Below are positions 38,326-48,983 of a DNA stretch of 64,000 nt, piece after piece. The translations under genes were made by a program, and so were the position numbers. This DNA comes from Thermodesulfobacteriota bacterium. Lineage in GTDB: Bacteria; Desulfobacterota_D; UBA1144; Nemesobacterales; Mycalebacteriaceae. The stretch lies in NCBI GenBank assembly GCA_965226585.1, contig OZ245366.1, positions 32,001-96,000 of the forward strand, given 5' to 3'. Within the stretch, counting starts at the first letter, position 1; every line of letters starts with the position of its first letter. The notes beneath the pieces were generated by a model. That model was given only the letters and a program-made list of their open reading frames with translations, searched no databases and was not told the DNA's origin.

Positions 38326-39701
38326 GAAACCGCCCCCTCGCGCCCTTTGGCGGTTCGCGCCCGCGCGGCGGCGGAAAAAGCGCGCTCTGCGGCGCGAACG
38401 GTTTTTCTTATGTCAGCGTCCGTGTGCGCTTTGGACACAAAAGCCGCCTCAAACTGTGACGGCGGAAAAAGAACGCCCTCCCGCCTGAGCGCGGTGTGAA
38501 AAATGCCGAACTTGCCCGTGTCGCAACGGAGGGCGGATGCGTAATCCGTTACGGGCGAAGGTGAGAAAAACACCGTGAACATTGAGCCCGCAGAGTTGAC
38601 CGTTACGGAAACGCCCGCAGTTTCCGCCGCGCTTTTTATGCCTCCGCACAGAAGGGCGGTTTTCTTTTCCAGTTCCCCGTATCCGCGCGCGCCGCCGATT
38701 CCGCGTATGGAGGCAATTCCGGCGGAAACCGCAAGCGGATTGCCCGACAGCGTTCCCGCCTGATACACGGGACCCAGAGGGGAAACCATGTCCATAATCT
38801 CAGCCCTCGCCCCGAACGCGCCGACCGGAAGCCCGCCGCCGATAATCTTTCCGAGGCAGGTTATGTCCGGCGCGACCTTGTAAACGCCCTGCGCCCCGCC
38901 GGGAAAACGCAGACCGGTTATCACCTCGTCAAATATCAGAAGCGCGCCGTGCTTGCGGGTTGTCTTTCTCAAATACCGCAGAAAACCCCGCGCCGGAGGA
39001 ACAACCCCCATGTTTCCCGCAACCGGCTCTATAACAACCGCCGCTATCTGTTTTCCCTTGCGGGCAAAAATCTTTTCCACCGAAGCCGTGTCGTTGTATC
39101 GCGCCGTGAGGGTTTTTGAAGTGAAGGAGCGAGGCACACCCGCGCTTGCGGGAGAGCCGAAAGTTGTCGCGCCCGAACCGGCTTTGACAAGCAGGTGGTC
39201 TGCGTGCCCGTGATAACAGCCGTCAAACTTCACTATATGGTCGCGCCCCGTGAACGCCCGCGCAAGACGGACGGCAGACATAAGGGCTTCGGTTCCTGAG
39301 TTCGTCATCCGTATCTTCCGCATGGATTTGAACTGTTTTGCCACTAATTGAGCGAGTTCTATCTCCGCCTCGCATGAAACGCCGTAACTGGTTCCCGCTT
39401 TCGCGGCGGCGGTTACGGCGCGCACAACTGACGGATGGGAATGTCCGAGAATCAGGGCTCCCCACGAGCCCATATAGTCTGTATAGCGGTTTCCGTCTGC
39501 GTCATAAACTGACGAGCCGCGAGCGCGGGATATAAACAGCGGCTCGCCGCCCACCGCTCCGAATGAACGCACGGGACTGTTGACGCCGCCCACAAGAAGT
39601 TTGCGGGCTTTGCTGAAAAGCGCGGACGATTTTGTGTTTCTGCGTGTGGTTTTTTCCGCCAAATCGCGAACCTCCCGCCGAATGGAAAAGGCGCGGGACA
39701 C
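38322..39701 (-). CDS. hemL: Glutamate-1-semialdehyde 2,1-aminomutase
   Basis: GGVNSPVR, NSGTEA, FDEVITG, GKIIGGGLP, YQAGTLSGNP. Confidence 0.97.
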   Translation of the reverse strand: MSRAFSIRREVRDLAEKTTRRNTKSSALFSKARKLLVGGVNSPVRSFGAVGGEPLFISRARGSSVYDADGNRYTDYMGSWGALILGHSHPSVVRAVTAAAKAGTSYGVSCEAEIELAQLVAKQFKSMRKIRMTNSGTEALMSAVRLARAFTGRDHIVKFDGCYHGHADHLLVKAGSGATTFGSPASAGVPRSFTSKTLTARYNDTASVEKIFARKGKQIAAVVIEPVAGNMGVVPPARGFLRYLRKTTRKHGALLIFDEVITGLRFPGGAQGVYKVAPDITCLGKIIGGGLPVGAFGARAEIMDMVSPLGPVYQAGTLSGNPLAVSAGIASIRGIGGARGYGELEKKTALLCGGIKSAAETAGVSVTVNSAGSMFTVFFSPSPVTDYASALRCDTGKFGIFHTALRREGVLFPPSQFEAAFVSKAHTDADIRKTVRAAERAFSAAARARTAKGREGAVS

Positions 39702-39780
39702 GCACGGGATAGTACACGAGATAGTATGAGGGCGCGAGAGTTTTTTAGAGTTAGCCGCCCGCGCCGTTTATAATCCCGCA

Positions 39781-40986
39781 ATGAAACCCGGAGCAGAAAC
39801 AGAGCCCGTGTTTGCGGCGATAGGGATTCCGTGCGAAAGCGGAGAACTGACGCTTAGCGGCAGAGCGGCGGAAGTTGTGAGAAAAAGCCGTGTTTTTTCG
39901 GGCGGAAAAAGGCATTTTGAAAAAGTGCGCGAACTCCTCCCAGCCGGCGGCGAGTGGATAGACATCGGCGGCGACATTGAAAAGACGCTTAAAGAATACG
40001 ACCGGCGGCGGAGGGGCGGAACCATCGTGATATTCGCTTCGGGCGACCCGCTTTTTTACGGAATTGGCTCAACCCTCAGGCGACTGCGCCCCGAATGCGA
40101 ACTTGAGGTTTTTCGCGCTCCGAGCAGTGTGGAAACGCTTTGCCGCAGAGCGGGAGTTGAGGCGGACGGCATTGCGGGGGCTTCTGTTCACGGACGCGAC
40201 TGGCACGAACTTGACCGCGCCCTGATTGGCGGGGAAAAACTCACCGGGCTTCTGACCGATTCCGTGAACTCACCGGATGCGGCGGCGGAAAGGATGGTTT
40301 TCTACGGATTTGCGGATTATAAATGCCTCTGCGGAGAGAGGCTCGGAGAAAAGGACGAGAGAATAAGGTCTTTTTCTTCGGCGCGGGAGATGGCGCGGAC
40401 AGAATTTTCACAGCCGTGCGCCGTTGTGCTTGAACAAATTTCAGAGGCGGGCGGAGAGAAAAATGCGGAAAGCGCGGAGTTTGAAACCTTGCGCGGCAAG
40501 CCCGGAATGATTACAAAACCGGGGGCGCGCCGAATGGCGATAGAACGGCTTGAGCTTGACCGCGCAGAGCATTTCTGGGACATAGGTTTTTGCACGGGTT
40601 CAGTTTCAGTTGAGGCGCGGCGGCGTTTTCCCGCGCTGAGGGTTGCGGCGTTTGAAAAAAACCGCGACTGCGAAGAGGTGATTGAGAAAAACGCGAAAAG
40701 GTTTTCAGCGCCGGGAATAAAAGTTGTTATGGGGGATTTTTTTGAGAGCGGGGCGGAAAAACTTCCCGCGCCGGACGCCGTTTTTATCGGCGGACACGGC
40801 GGGAGGCTTGAGGATATGATAAACACATTGGGGAAAACCGTCCGGCGGGGCGGCAGGATTGTGATAAACAGCGTTACGGAAGAAAGCGGGAAAATATTTC
40901 GCGAAAAATCCTGCGGGGCGGGTTTTGAATTTACCGGTGAGAAAAAAGCGGACAACGTGGAAATTTTAAGCGCGGTGAAAAAATGA
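39781..40986 (+). CDS. cbiE: Bifunctional cobalt-precorrin-7 C5 / 6B C15 methyltransferase CbiE/CbiT
   Basis: ASGDPLFYGIG, SVHGR, MITK, WDIGFCTGSVS, PDAVFIGG. Confidence 0.9.
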   Translation: MKPGAETEPVFAAIGIPCESGELTLSGRAAEVVRKSRVFSGGKRHFEKVRELLPAGGEWIDIGGDIEKTLKEYDRRRRGGTIVIFASGDPLFYGIGSTLRRLRPECELEVFRAPSSVETLCRRAGVEADGIAGASVHGRDWHELDRALIGGEKLTGLLTDSVNSPDAAAERMVFYGFADYKCLCGERLGEKDERIRSFSSAREMARTEFSQPCAVVLEQISEAGGEKNAESAEFETLRGKPGMITKPGARRMAIERLELDRAEHFWDIGFCTGSVSVEARRRFPALRVAAFEKNRDCEEVIEKNAKRFSAPGIKVVMGDFFESGAEKLPAPDAVFIGGHGGRLEDMINTLGKTVRRGGRIVINSVTEESGKIFREKSCGAGFEFTGEKKADNVEILSAVKK

Positions 40987-42527
40987 AAAAAACAGCTGTA
41001 ATTGCGGTCTCAAAAGACGGAATAAAAATAGCTCGCGAAATCGCTGGGGAAACACACGCGGACATAGTTTCCACAAAAAAAGGAGACGGAATAAAAACCG
41101 TCAAATCCGTTTCCGCTTTCACGGCTGAAAACTTCGGCAAATACGGGGGTTTTATATTTATCGGCGCGCTTGGAATATGCGTCCGCTGTATCGCGCCGTG
41201 CATAAAAAACAAAAAAACCGATCCGGCGGTCGTCAACATTTCCGAAAACCGCCTTTACGCGCAGTCGGTTCTGTCGGGGCATGAGGGCGGAGCAAACGAA
41301 CTCGCGAAAAAAATCGGGAAAATTATCGGCGCGCGTCCGGTTATCACAACAGCGTCCGGAATCCGCCCGCTGTGCGTGGGGCTTGGAAGCCGCAGGGGGA
41401 TAGACCCGGCGGAGTTTGTCAAATCTTTTGAGAAGGAGATGGCAAAACGCGGATTTTCGCCTTTTGACATAAGCGCGGTGGCAAGCGCGAAAATAAAAAA
41501 AGATGAAGAGGCTTTTTCCGTTCTTGCCGGAAAACTGGGTGTTCCCTTCAAGGTTTTTGATGAGAGGGAACTGGCGAAAAAAACAAAACCCAACCCGTCC
41601 GCCATTGTGAAAAGAAAAACCGGAACAGACGGCGTTTGCGAGCCCGCCGCTCTTCTGCTTGCCGGAGCGCGGAAACTCGCGCTTGAAAAAACAAAAATAA
41701 CCCTGCCTTCCGGAAAGCAGTACACCTTTGCGGTCGCGGTCGCGGAAAATTACGGCGCGGGCGGGCTTGTTGCCATTGTGGGGGCGGGACCCGGAGACCC
41801 GCGTCTGATAACGGTTGAGGGGCGAGACCTTTTAAGGCGGGCGGATTTAATTCTCTATGCCGGCAGTCTTGTTCCCGAAAATCTGACACTTGAGGCAAAA
41901 GCGGAAGCGGAGATTAAAAACTCCGCCGTGATGACGCTTGAAGAGCAGATGAAAATAATGGAGCGTTTTTACAAAAAAGGCGCGCTGATTGTGCGGCTTC
42001 ATTCGGGCGACCCCGCAATTTACGGGGCAACCGCCGAGCAGATGAAAATAATGGACTCAAAAAAAATGGATTTTGTTGTGGTGCCGGGTGTTTCGTCTTT
42101 TCAGGCGGCGGCGGCGCGGCTGGGGGCGGAACTCACCGCGCCGGAAATAACGCAGACGATAATCCTCACGCGGGGCGAGGGAAAAACCCCGATGCCGGAA
42201 ACGGAAAAACTTGCCGGTATGGCGGCGCACCGTTCCACGATGTGTATTTTTCTGAGCGCGAAAACCGCGCGCAAGGTTCAGGCGGCGCTTCTTGAGAGTT
42301 ACAAACCGGAAACCCCCGTGGCGGTTCTGCACCGCGTAACGTGGGAGGATGAAAGAATATGGCGCGGCGAGTTAAAGAACCTCGCAGACATTGTGAGAGA
42401 CAACAAACTGACGCGCACGGTTTTAATTGTGGTTGGAGACGCGCTGAAAAACGGCGGAACGCGCTCGCGCCTCTACCACCCCGGATGGAAACACCTGTTT
42501 CGCGCCGGAGGGAAAAAGAAAAAGTGA
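40983..42527 (+). CDS. cbiF: CbiG-CbiF (CobM) fusion: cobalt-precorrin-5A hydrolase plus precorrin-4 C11-methyltransferase
   Basis: N-terminal K.TDPAVV, LSGHEGGAN, PVITTA, GVCEPAA; C-terminal GAGPGDP, YAGSLV, RLHSGDP, VPGVSSF. Confidence 0.92.
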   Translation: MKKTAVIAVSKDGIKIAREIAGETHADIVSTKKGDGIKTVKSVSAFTAENFGKYGGFIFIGALGICVRCIAPCIKNKKTDPAVVNISENRLYAQSVLSGHEGGANELAKKIGKIIGARPVITTASGIRPLCVGLGSRRGIDPAEFVKSFEKEMAKRGFSPFDISAVASAKIKKDEEAFSVLAGKLGVPFKVFDERELAKKTKPNPSAIVKRKTGTDGVCEPAALLLAGARKLALEKTKITLPSGKQYTFAVAVAENYGAGGLVAIVGAGPGDPRLITVEGRDLLRRADLILYAGSLVPENLTLEAKAEAEIKNSAVMTLEEQMKIMERFYKKGALIVRLHSGDPAIYGATAEQMKIMDSKKMDFVVVPGVSSFQAAAARLGAELTAPEITQTIILTRGEGKTPMPETEKLAGMAAHRSTMCIFLSAKTARKVQAALLESYKPETPVAVLHRVTWEDERIWRGELKNLADIVRDNKLTRTVLIVVGDALKNGGTRSRLYHPGWKHLFRAGGKKKK

Positions 42528-43318
42528 AAAACGGAGAAAAGAAAATCCCGCCCCGCGTTCTTGTATTCGGCGGCACAACCGAGGGGAAAAAAGCGGCGGC
42601 GGCTCTTGATGCCGGAAAAACGCGCTATTTCTACTCCACAAAAACACGCACGGATTTTAAGCCGTCTGTTTTCTGCGAATACGTATGGGGAGAAATGGAC
42701 GGGAACACCCTGCCGGAGTTTGTGAAGAAAGAAAAAATAAAACTGATTGTGAACGCCGCGCATCCTTTTGCCCGCCACCTTCACGAAACGGTTTCGCTTG
42801 TGTCTGAAAAAATGAAAATACCCGTAATCCGCTACGGCAGAAAATATCCCGAAAGAGTGTCTCACCCTTCCGTTGTTTATTGCGACAACTACTCCGGGGC
42901 GGTAAACGAACTGAAAAACACAAAAGGCGCGATGATTATTTTAAGCGGTGTGCAGACTCTTGCCGCGCTTAAACCCCTGTGGGAAAACAGAGATGACTGC
43001 TACGCCAGAATTCTGCCAAGAAAAACCTCCGTTTCTCTGGCGGTAAAACAGGGCTTTCCCGAAAAGCGGCTCATAACCGCCATGCCTTCACGGGACGCGG
43101 AAAAGGAAAAACAGTTTTTTAAAAAACTGAACATTAAATCAGTCATCACAAAAGAAAGCGGAGACACGGGCGGACAGGACGCGAAAATAAAAGCGGCGAT
43201 TGAAACCGGAGCGAAAACGGCAATTATTAAAAAACCCCGCAGTCCGTTTTTTACGGCAACGGTTTTTTCTCCCGAAACACTTACTGAAAAAATAAGGGAA
43301 ATGCGCGATGTGTCTTGA
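42524..43318 (+). CDS. cbiJ: Cobalt-precorrin-6A/6x reductase
   Basis: VFGGTTEG, AAHPFA, TKESG.TGG..K; GTG start 42524 overlapping the upstream stop. Confidence 0.9.
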   Translation: MKNGEKKIPPRVLVFGGTTEGKKAAAALDAGKTRYFYSTKTRTDFKPSVFCEYVWGEMDGNTLPEFVKKEKIKLIVNAAHPFARHLHETVSLVSEKMKIPVIRYGRKYPERVSHPSVVYCDNYSGAVNELKNTKGAMIILSGVQTLAALKPLWENRDDCYARILPRKTSVSLAVKQGFPEKRLITAMPSRDAEKEKQFFKKLNIKSVITKESGDTGGQDAKIKAAIETGAKTAIIKKPRSPFFTATVFSPETLTEKIREMRDVS

Positions 43319-44420
43319 AACTCCTCCCTCCGACACAAAAAAAATGAAAACCGGACTCACCACCGGCGCCTGCGCGGCGGCTTGCTCAAAAGCGGCGGTT
43401 TTGTGCCTTCTGGAAGGAAAGAAAATAAAAAATGTTGAAATAAATCTGCCGGGCGGAAAAACAGCGAGTTTCAAGATAGAAAATTGCGAAAGCGCGGGAA
43501 ACAGCGCGACCGCAACAACGGTGAAAAACGCGGGAGACGATCCGGACGTTACGCACGGGGCGGTTATAGGGTGCTCGGTTTCTCTGAACAACACGGGTGA
43601 AATAAGGTTCGCGCGCGGAAAAGGGGTCGGAAAGGTAACCCTTCCGGGACTGGGAATAGAGATAGGAGAACCGGCGATAAACACGGTTCCGAGAAAGATG
43701 ATGAGCCGTATCGTGAAGGGCCTGCTGAAAGAAAACGGGCGCGGCGGCGAAGGGGCGGAAATAAAGGTGTTTGTTCCCGAAGGCGCGAAACTGGCGAAAA
43801 AAACCCTGAATTCGCGGCTCGGCATTGAGGGCGGCATATCCATTATAGGAACAACGGGAATCGTAAGGCCGTTTTCCGCCGCCTCATACGTCGCAAGCAT
43901 AGTGCAGGCGGTGAAAATATGCTCTGAAAACGGATGCGGAAAGGTTGTCGCGTCATCCGGGGGAAGGAGCGAAAAGTATCTCAAAAAACAGTTTCCCGGC
44001 CTGCCGGACTACGCTTTTATACAATACGGCAACTGGATTGGCAGGCTTCTGGACGCGGCGGAAAGAGAAGGAATTCAAGACCTGACCCTTGCGACAATGC
44101 TCGGCAAAGCGGTTAAACTTGCGGGCGGCGATATGGACACGCACAGCGGAAAAACCCTTTGGGACAAGGAAGTTGCGGCACAAGCGGCGGAGAGATGCGG
44201 GGCGCGGGAAGCGGCGGACAAGATTAGAAATCTGAACATCGCGCGGCGGCTTACTGAGATTTTTCCGCTTTCCGGCGGAGAGCCGTTCTATGTTGAACTG
44301 CTTAAACAGTGCCGAAAACACTGCGCGCAGAGATTCAGCGGCGTTCTCAGACTCGCCCTTGTTGGAACTGACGGGCAAATAGTGTGGTATCCTGAAACGG
44401 AAGATGCGGACAATGGCTGA
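43308..44420 (+). CDS. cbiD: Cobalt-precorrin-5B C1-methyltransferase
   Basis: [40 protein letters not shown]. Confidence 0.95.
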   Translation: MCLETPPSDTKKMKTGLTTGACAAACSKAAVLCLLEGKKIKNVEINLPGGKTASFKIENCESAGNSATATTVKNAGDDPDVTHGAVIGCSVSLNNTGEIRFARGKGVGKVTLPGLGIEIGEPAINTVPRKMMSRIVKGLLKENGRGGEGAEIKVFVPEGAKLAKKTLNSRLGIEGGISIIGTTGIVRPFSAASYVASIVQAVKICSENGCGKVVASSGGRSEKYLKKQFPGLPDYAFIQYGNWIGRLLDAAEREGIQDLTLATMLGKAVKLAGGDMDTHSGKTLWDKEVAAQAAERCGAREAADKIRNLNIARRLTEIFPLSGGEPFYVELLKQCRKHCAQRFSGVLRLALVGTDGQIVWYPETEDADNG

Positions 44421-46149
44421 AAAAAGCGTGAAAATCTTTCCATTTACGGCGATAACAGGGCAAGACGACTTGAAACTCGCCCTTGCGCTTTGCGCGATTG
44501 ACCCGCAAACAGGCGGGGTTCTCGCTCGCGGGGAAAAGGGAACGGGAAAAACAACTGCGGTGCGCTCGCTGGGAGATATGCTTTCAGGCGGCGGACGGGG
44601 GTTTCCCGTTATAAACCTGCCCATCGGCGCGACTGAAGACAGGGTTCTCGGCGCGATTGACCTTGAAAAACTGATTAACGAAAAGCGAGAATCGGCTCGC
44701 GCGGGGCTTCTTGAACAGGCAAACGGCGGAATCCTCTACATAGACGAAGTGAACCTGCTTGACGACTATTTGACCGACATACTTCTTGACGCGGCGGCAA
44801 CCGGCGAATATATGCTGGAAAGGGACGGAATTTCACGAAATGTGAAAACGCGCTTCCGCCTTGTCGGAACAATGAATCTGGAGGAGGGAGACCTCAGACC
44901 CCAGCTTTTGGACAGATTCGGCTTATGCGTTGACGTGAAAGCCCCCGCAAGCGCGGAAGCGCGGAGGGAAATAGCGCAAAATAGAATGGGTTTTGATTCA
45001 AATCCCGAAAAGTTTTCCTCTGATTTTGAGGAAAAACAGGAAAAAATGCGGGAGCGCATAGAAAAAGCGGCGGAAAATCTTGAATCCGTTAAGGTGACTG
45101 AAGAAATTTTTGAAAAAGCGTCCGCGCTCGCGATTGAAAGCGGAGCGGAGGGAATGAGGGCGGATATTCTGATTGTTAAATCCGCGCGCGCGTTTGCCGC
45201 GTTTGAAGGCAGAGACAAAACCGCCGCGGGCGATGTTGAGAAGGTTGCGCCTTTTGTTTTAAGACACAGAAGCCCGGCGGACACACCTGCTGACAAAACG
45301 GAAAAAAAAAACTCCCGAAATCCCGACCTTGAAAACGGCGACCTGAAAAACGTACCCCCGAAGCATGAAAAAGACGAATTTCAGGTAATTGCCGACTCCG
45401 GATGGTTTTACAGAGCGGAAAAACCCTTCTCGCCTGAGGGGGATTACAGAGGAATTGAAATTGACACGGAGCCGCCGCCCGAAAGACGCGGGCGTTTTGT
45501 GAGCGCGGAACCCGCCGCCCGGGCGCGGGACAAAACAAAAAATGGAAAACAAAAAACCGATATTTACGAAACCGCGCGGCAGTGGGTTGCTCGCGGAGAG
45601 TTCAAAATTCACCGCAGAGCCGGGCGCGGGCGCGGAAATATATCCGTTGTTTTTCTCGTTGATTCCAGCGGCTCAATGGCGGCGGGAAAACAAATAGCGC
45701 ACGCGAAAAAAATCATCGGAGAAACGGTTCGGGAAAACAGGGGGAAGAAGGTGGAGTTCTCCGGAGTGGCTCTTGTGAATGACGGCGCGCGCGTTTTTTC
45801 ATCTTCGGGGACGGATTCGGGAAAACTGATTGAAAATCTCAAAAACCTGAAAACCGGCGGAAGAACCAACATGAGCGCGGGCATCGCGCTTGTCGGACAA
45901 ATTTTGAAAAAAACCGCGAAAAGAAAAACATCATCCGCCGTTCACATATTTACGGACGGCAGAATAAACTTTTGCGAAAACGGCGGAGACCCTTTTGAAG
46001 AAAGCGTGAAAAGATTTGGAGCTGTTATAGACAAATCGGTAAAAACAACCGTTGTTGACACGGAATCGGGTTTTGTGAAAATAGGGGCGGCAAAAAGGTT
46101 TGCCGATAAAACCGGAGCGTCTTATGCGCGGGCGGACATGGGAAAATAA
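44413..46149 (+). CDS. Mg/Co chelatase subunit D/I family (AAA+ fused to vWA)
   Basis: [43 protein letters not shown]; vWA DSSGSM, GGRT, TDG. Confidence 0.9.
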   Translation: MAEKSVKIFPFTAITGQDDLKLALALCAIDPQTGGVLARGEKGTGKTTAVRSLGDMLSGGGRGFPVINLPIGATEDRVLGAIDLEKLINEKRESARAGLLEQANGGILYIDEVNLLDDYLTDILLDAAATGEYMLERDGISRNVKTRFRLVGTMNLEEGDLRPQLLDRFGLCVDVKAPASAEARREIAQNRMGFDSNPEKFSSDFEEKQEKMRERIEKAAENLESVKVTEEIFEKASALAIESGAEGMRADILIVKSARAFAAFEGRDKTAAGDVEKVAPFVLRHRSPADTPADKTEKKNSRNPDLENGDLKNVPPKHEKDEFQVIADSGWFYRAEKPFSPEGDYRGIEIDTEPPPERRGRFVSAEPAARARDKTKNGKQKTDIYETARQWVARGEFKIHRRAGRGRGNISVVFLVDSSGSMAAGKQIAHAKKIIGETVRENRGKKVEFSGVALVNDGARVFSSSGTDSGKLIENLKNLKTGGRTNMSAGIALVGQILKKTAKRKTSSAVHIFTDGRINFCENGGDPFEESVKRFGAVIDKSVKTTVVDTESGFVKIGAAKRFADKTGASYARADMGK

Positions 46150-46165
46150 ACGGGAGGGAAATACA

Positions 46166-46738
46166 TTGAAGATTTACACAAAAAAAGGCGACACGGGAAA
46201 AACCGCGCTTTTCGGCGGAAGGCGTGTTGAGAAAGACGACACGCGAGTTGAATGTTACGGAACGCTTGACGAGGCAAACTCAACCATCGGGCTTTTGCGC
46301 TCAAAACTCGGCGAAAAACACGAGTGGCAGAGCAATCTGCACAAAATACAAAAAGACATGATGGATATGATGTCGCACCTTGCGCGTCCGTCTGATTCGC
46401 ACAAGGAAAATAAAAACCCAATGCCGGAAGACGGCGCGGTTTTCTGTGAAAACTGGATAGACGAAATTGAGGAGAATATGTCGTCTCCTTCGGACTATTT
46501 TCTGCTTCCGGGCGGAAGCGAAATATCCGCGCTGTGCCATGTTGTTAGGACGCAAATCAGAAGAGGAGAGCGCAAACTTGCCGCGCTTATGAGAGAGGAT
46601 GAAGTTCACCCCGCCATACCTTCATACATAAACCGCCTTTCGGATCTGTTTTTCACCCTCGCGAGAGCGGAGATGGACTCCGCCGGAGTTGCCGAAGAAA
46701 AATGGCAGTTATTTCTTTACAAAAAGAAAAAGAAATAA
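46166..46738 (+). CDS. pduO: PduO-type cob(I)yrinic acid a,c-diamide adenosyltransferase
   Basis: KIYTKKGD.G.T, YGTLDEANS, F.LPGG, RT..RR.ER, NRLSD..F; TTG start with GGAGG. Confidence 0.92.
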   Translation: MKIYTKKGDTGKTALFGGRRVEKDDTRVECYGTLDEANSTIGLLRSKLGEKHEWQSNLHKIQKDMMDMMSHLARPSDSHKENKNPMPEDGAVFCENWIDEIEENMSSPSDYFLLPGGSEISALCHVVRTQIRRGERKLAALMREDEVHPAIPSYINRLSDLFFTLARAEMDSAGVAEEKWQLFLYKKKKK

Positions 46739-46741
46739 AAA

Positions 46742-48970
46742 TCAAAGCGGTTTGAGATAAGACGCGAGAAGCCTTTTCTTTCCGGCTGAGCGGAAAACCA
46801 CCGTTACCGTCGCTTTAGGTCCGCTTCCCTCAACCTTCACAACCTGCCCGCGTCCGAATTTTTTGTGCAAAACAAAAATGCCCGCGCAAATAGAAACGCT
46901 CTGCTGAGAAACACTGCTTTCGGTTGAATCCCCGTCAGGAAGCGCGAAAACCGCCCTTTTCATCCCGGAGACGCGAACTTCTTCGTGTTCAAAAACAGGA
47001 ATGGACACAAAATGTTCGTCTGCCTTCAAATGTTTGGGAATTTCACCAAAAAATGGAGAGGGAGACGCGGCTTCAGTTATCCCGTGTAAATTTCTCTTAA
47101 CCGGATAACAAAGGAAGAGCCGCTTCATCGCCCGTGTCATTCCGACATAAAAAAGCCGTCTTTCCTCCTCAATATCATCAGTGCGGGAAAGAGGAATAAG
47201 ATTCTGGTTCACCCCTGCTATGAAAACGACCGGAAACTCAAGACCTTTGGAAGCGTGAAGGGTCATAAGTTTCACTTTTTTCCCGTCTGTTTTCGCGTCT
47301 GTGTCGCTTGCGAGCGCGATACCCTCAACAAACCCCTGAAAACCGTCGATATTTTCGGGATTGTTGTCATATTCCTGCGCGGAGTTCAAAAAGCCGTCCA
47401 TGTTTTCCAATTTGTCTTCATCGTTTTTGAGAAAATCCTTGTAGCCGCTTTTTTCTATAATGTGACCGAGTACGTCAAAAACCCCCCTGTCCAGAGAAAA
47501 TTCTGACAATTCGTCCATCATAATCACAAACTTCTCAACCGCATCAGCCGCTCTTTTTTTCAAAAAGCCCCCTTTTGCGGCTCTGCGCGCGGCTTCCATA
47601 ATTGACACGTCATTTGCCGAAGCGTAACGGGAAATCTCTTCAACGGTTGCTGTTCCTATACCCCTCGGCGGAGTGTTGATTATTCTCGCCGCAGCCATAT
47701 TGTCTGAGGGATTTACGATAAGACGCAGATAGGAAACCAGATCCTTAATTTCCGCGCGCGCGTAAAAACTTAACGCGCCGACAAGTTCACAGGAAATACC
47801 CGACTCTTTGGAAAATCTTTCCTCAAGAAGACGAGACTTGGCGTTTGTGCGATAGAGAACAGCAAAGTCTTCGGGCTTAAAGTCTCCGGAATCAACAAGT
47901 GATTTTATTTTTGAAACAACAAAATCCGCCTCGTCAAATTCGTTGCGCGCCTCATACACGCCCAGCGGTTCGCCCTTTTCCCCATCCGTCCACATATTTT
48001 TTTTAACCCCGAACTGGTTTTCGCTGATAAGGGCGTTTGACGCTTCAAGTATCGTTGAGGTTGAACGATAGTTTTTATCAAGTTTAATTTCCTTCGCCCC
48101 CGGAAAATTATTTGAAAACTCGAGTATGTTTTTCACTTCCGCCCCGCGCCATCCGTAAATAGACTGGCTGTCATCACCGACCGCGAAAACATCGGCATTG
48201 TTTTCTCCGAGCATTTTTACAAGTTGATACTGAATGCGGTTTGTATCCTGATATTCGTCAACAAGGATGTGGCTGAAACGTTTTCTATATTTTTCCAGAA
48301 TTTCACGGTTATTCCCGAAAAGACGCATGGCGAGCAGGAGCAAATCGTTAAAATCAAGCGCGTTGGAGTTTTTCAATGCAATATCGTAACTGTGCATTAA
48401 TTCAATTTTTGGCGCGATATTTCTTTCCCAACTCTCAAAAGAATCTCTGGACGGCGGATAATCGCCGCCCCTTTTAAATCTGTCTATTAACGACATCACA
48501 ATTTCCGGCGACACACTCGTCTCCTCCATCCCCATGTCGGCAATGCATGTTTTGAGTACTCTTTTCTGGTCGCTATTGTCGTAAATGACAAAGTTGCCTT
48601 TATATCCGAAACCAAGATTCTCGATTTCGCTCCGCAATATACGCGCGCAGATTGAATGAAAAGTTCCAAGCCATATCCCCGAAATCTTGTCGGGAACAAG
48701 CATCTCCACTCTTTCTCTCATCTCACGCGCCGCTTTGTTTGTGAAGGTTACGGCGAGGATTTCGGACGGGCAAACCCCTTTCTCTTTTATAAGAAATGCT
48801 ATGCGGCTTGTCAGAACACGGGTTTTCCCCGAACCCGCCCCGGCAAAAACAAGAAGATGCCCGCCCGTGTGACAAACCGCCTCAAACTGTTTGGGATTCA
48901 AATCGGGAGTGTCAACAGGGGATGATTCAAGTGTTACAACATCCGGTTTGAGGTTTTTATTTTTTTTCAT
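46742..48970 (-). CDS. pcrA: UvrD/PcrA superfamily 1 DNA helicase
   Basis: AGAGSGKT, VDEYQDTN, VGDDSQSIY, NYRS, TLHASKGLEF, EERRLFYVGMTRA, C-terminal H.KFG.G. Confidence 0.95.
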   Translation of the reverse strand: MKKNKNLKPDVVTLESSPVDTPDLNPKQFEAVCHTGGHLLVFAGAGSGKTRVLTSRIAFLIKEKGVCPSEILAVTFTNKAAREMRERVEMLVPDKISGIWLGTFHSICARILRSEIENLGFGYKGNFVIYDNSDQKRVLKTCIADMGMEETSVSPEIVMSLIDRFKRGGDYPPSRDSFESWERNIAPKIELMHSYDIALKNSNALDFNDLLLLAMRLFGNNREILEKYRKRFSHILVDEYQDTNRIQYQLVKMLGENNADVFAVGDDSQSIYGWRGAEVKNILEFSNNFPGAKEIKLDKNYRSTSTILEASNALISENQFGVKKNMWTDGEKGEPLGVYEARNEFDEADFVVSKIKSLVDSGDFKPEDFAVLYRTNAKSRLLEERFSKESGISCELVGALSFYARAEIKDLVSYLRLIVNPSDNMAAARIINTPPRGIGTATVEEISRYASANDVSIMEAARRAAKGGFLKKRAADAVEKFVIMMDELSEFSLDRGVFDVLGHIIEKSGYKDFLKNDEDKLENMDGFLNSAQEYDNNPENIDGFQGFVEGIALASDTDAKTDGKKVKLMTLHASKGLEFPVVFIAGVNQNLIPLSRTDDIEEERRLFYVGMTRAMKRLFLCYPVKRNLHGITEAASPSPFFGEIPKHLKADEHFVSIPVFEHEEVRVSGMKRAVFALPDGDSTESSVSQQSVSICAGIFVLHKKFGRGQVVKVEGSGPKATVTVVFRSAGKKRLLASYLKPL

Positions 48971-48983
48971 CTGCCGAGAGATT

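Noticed and set aside
47136..47144. GTCATTCCG match inside pcrA
   Set aside because: An isolated short match within the conserved GMTRA codons; not an element.
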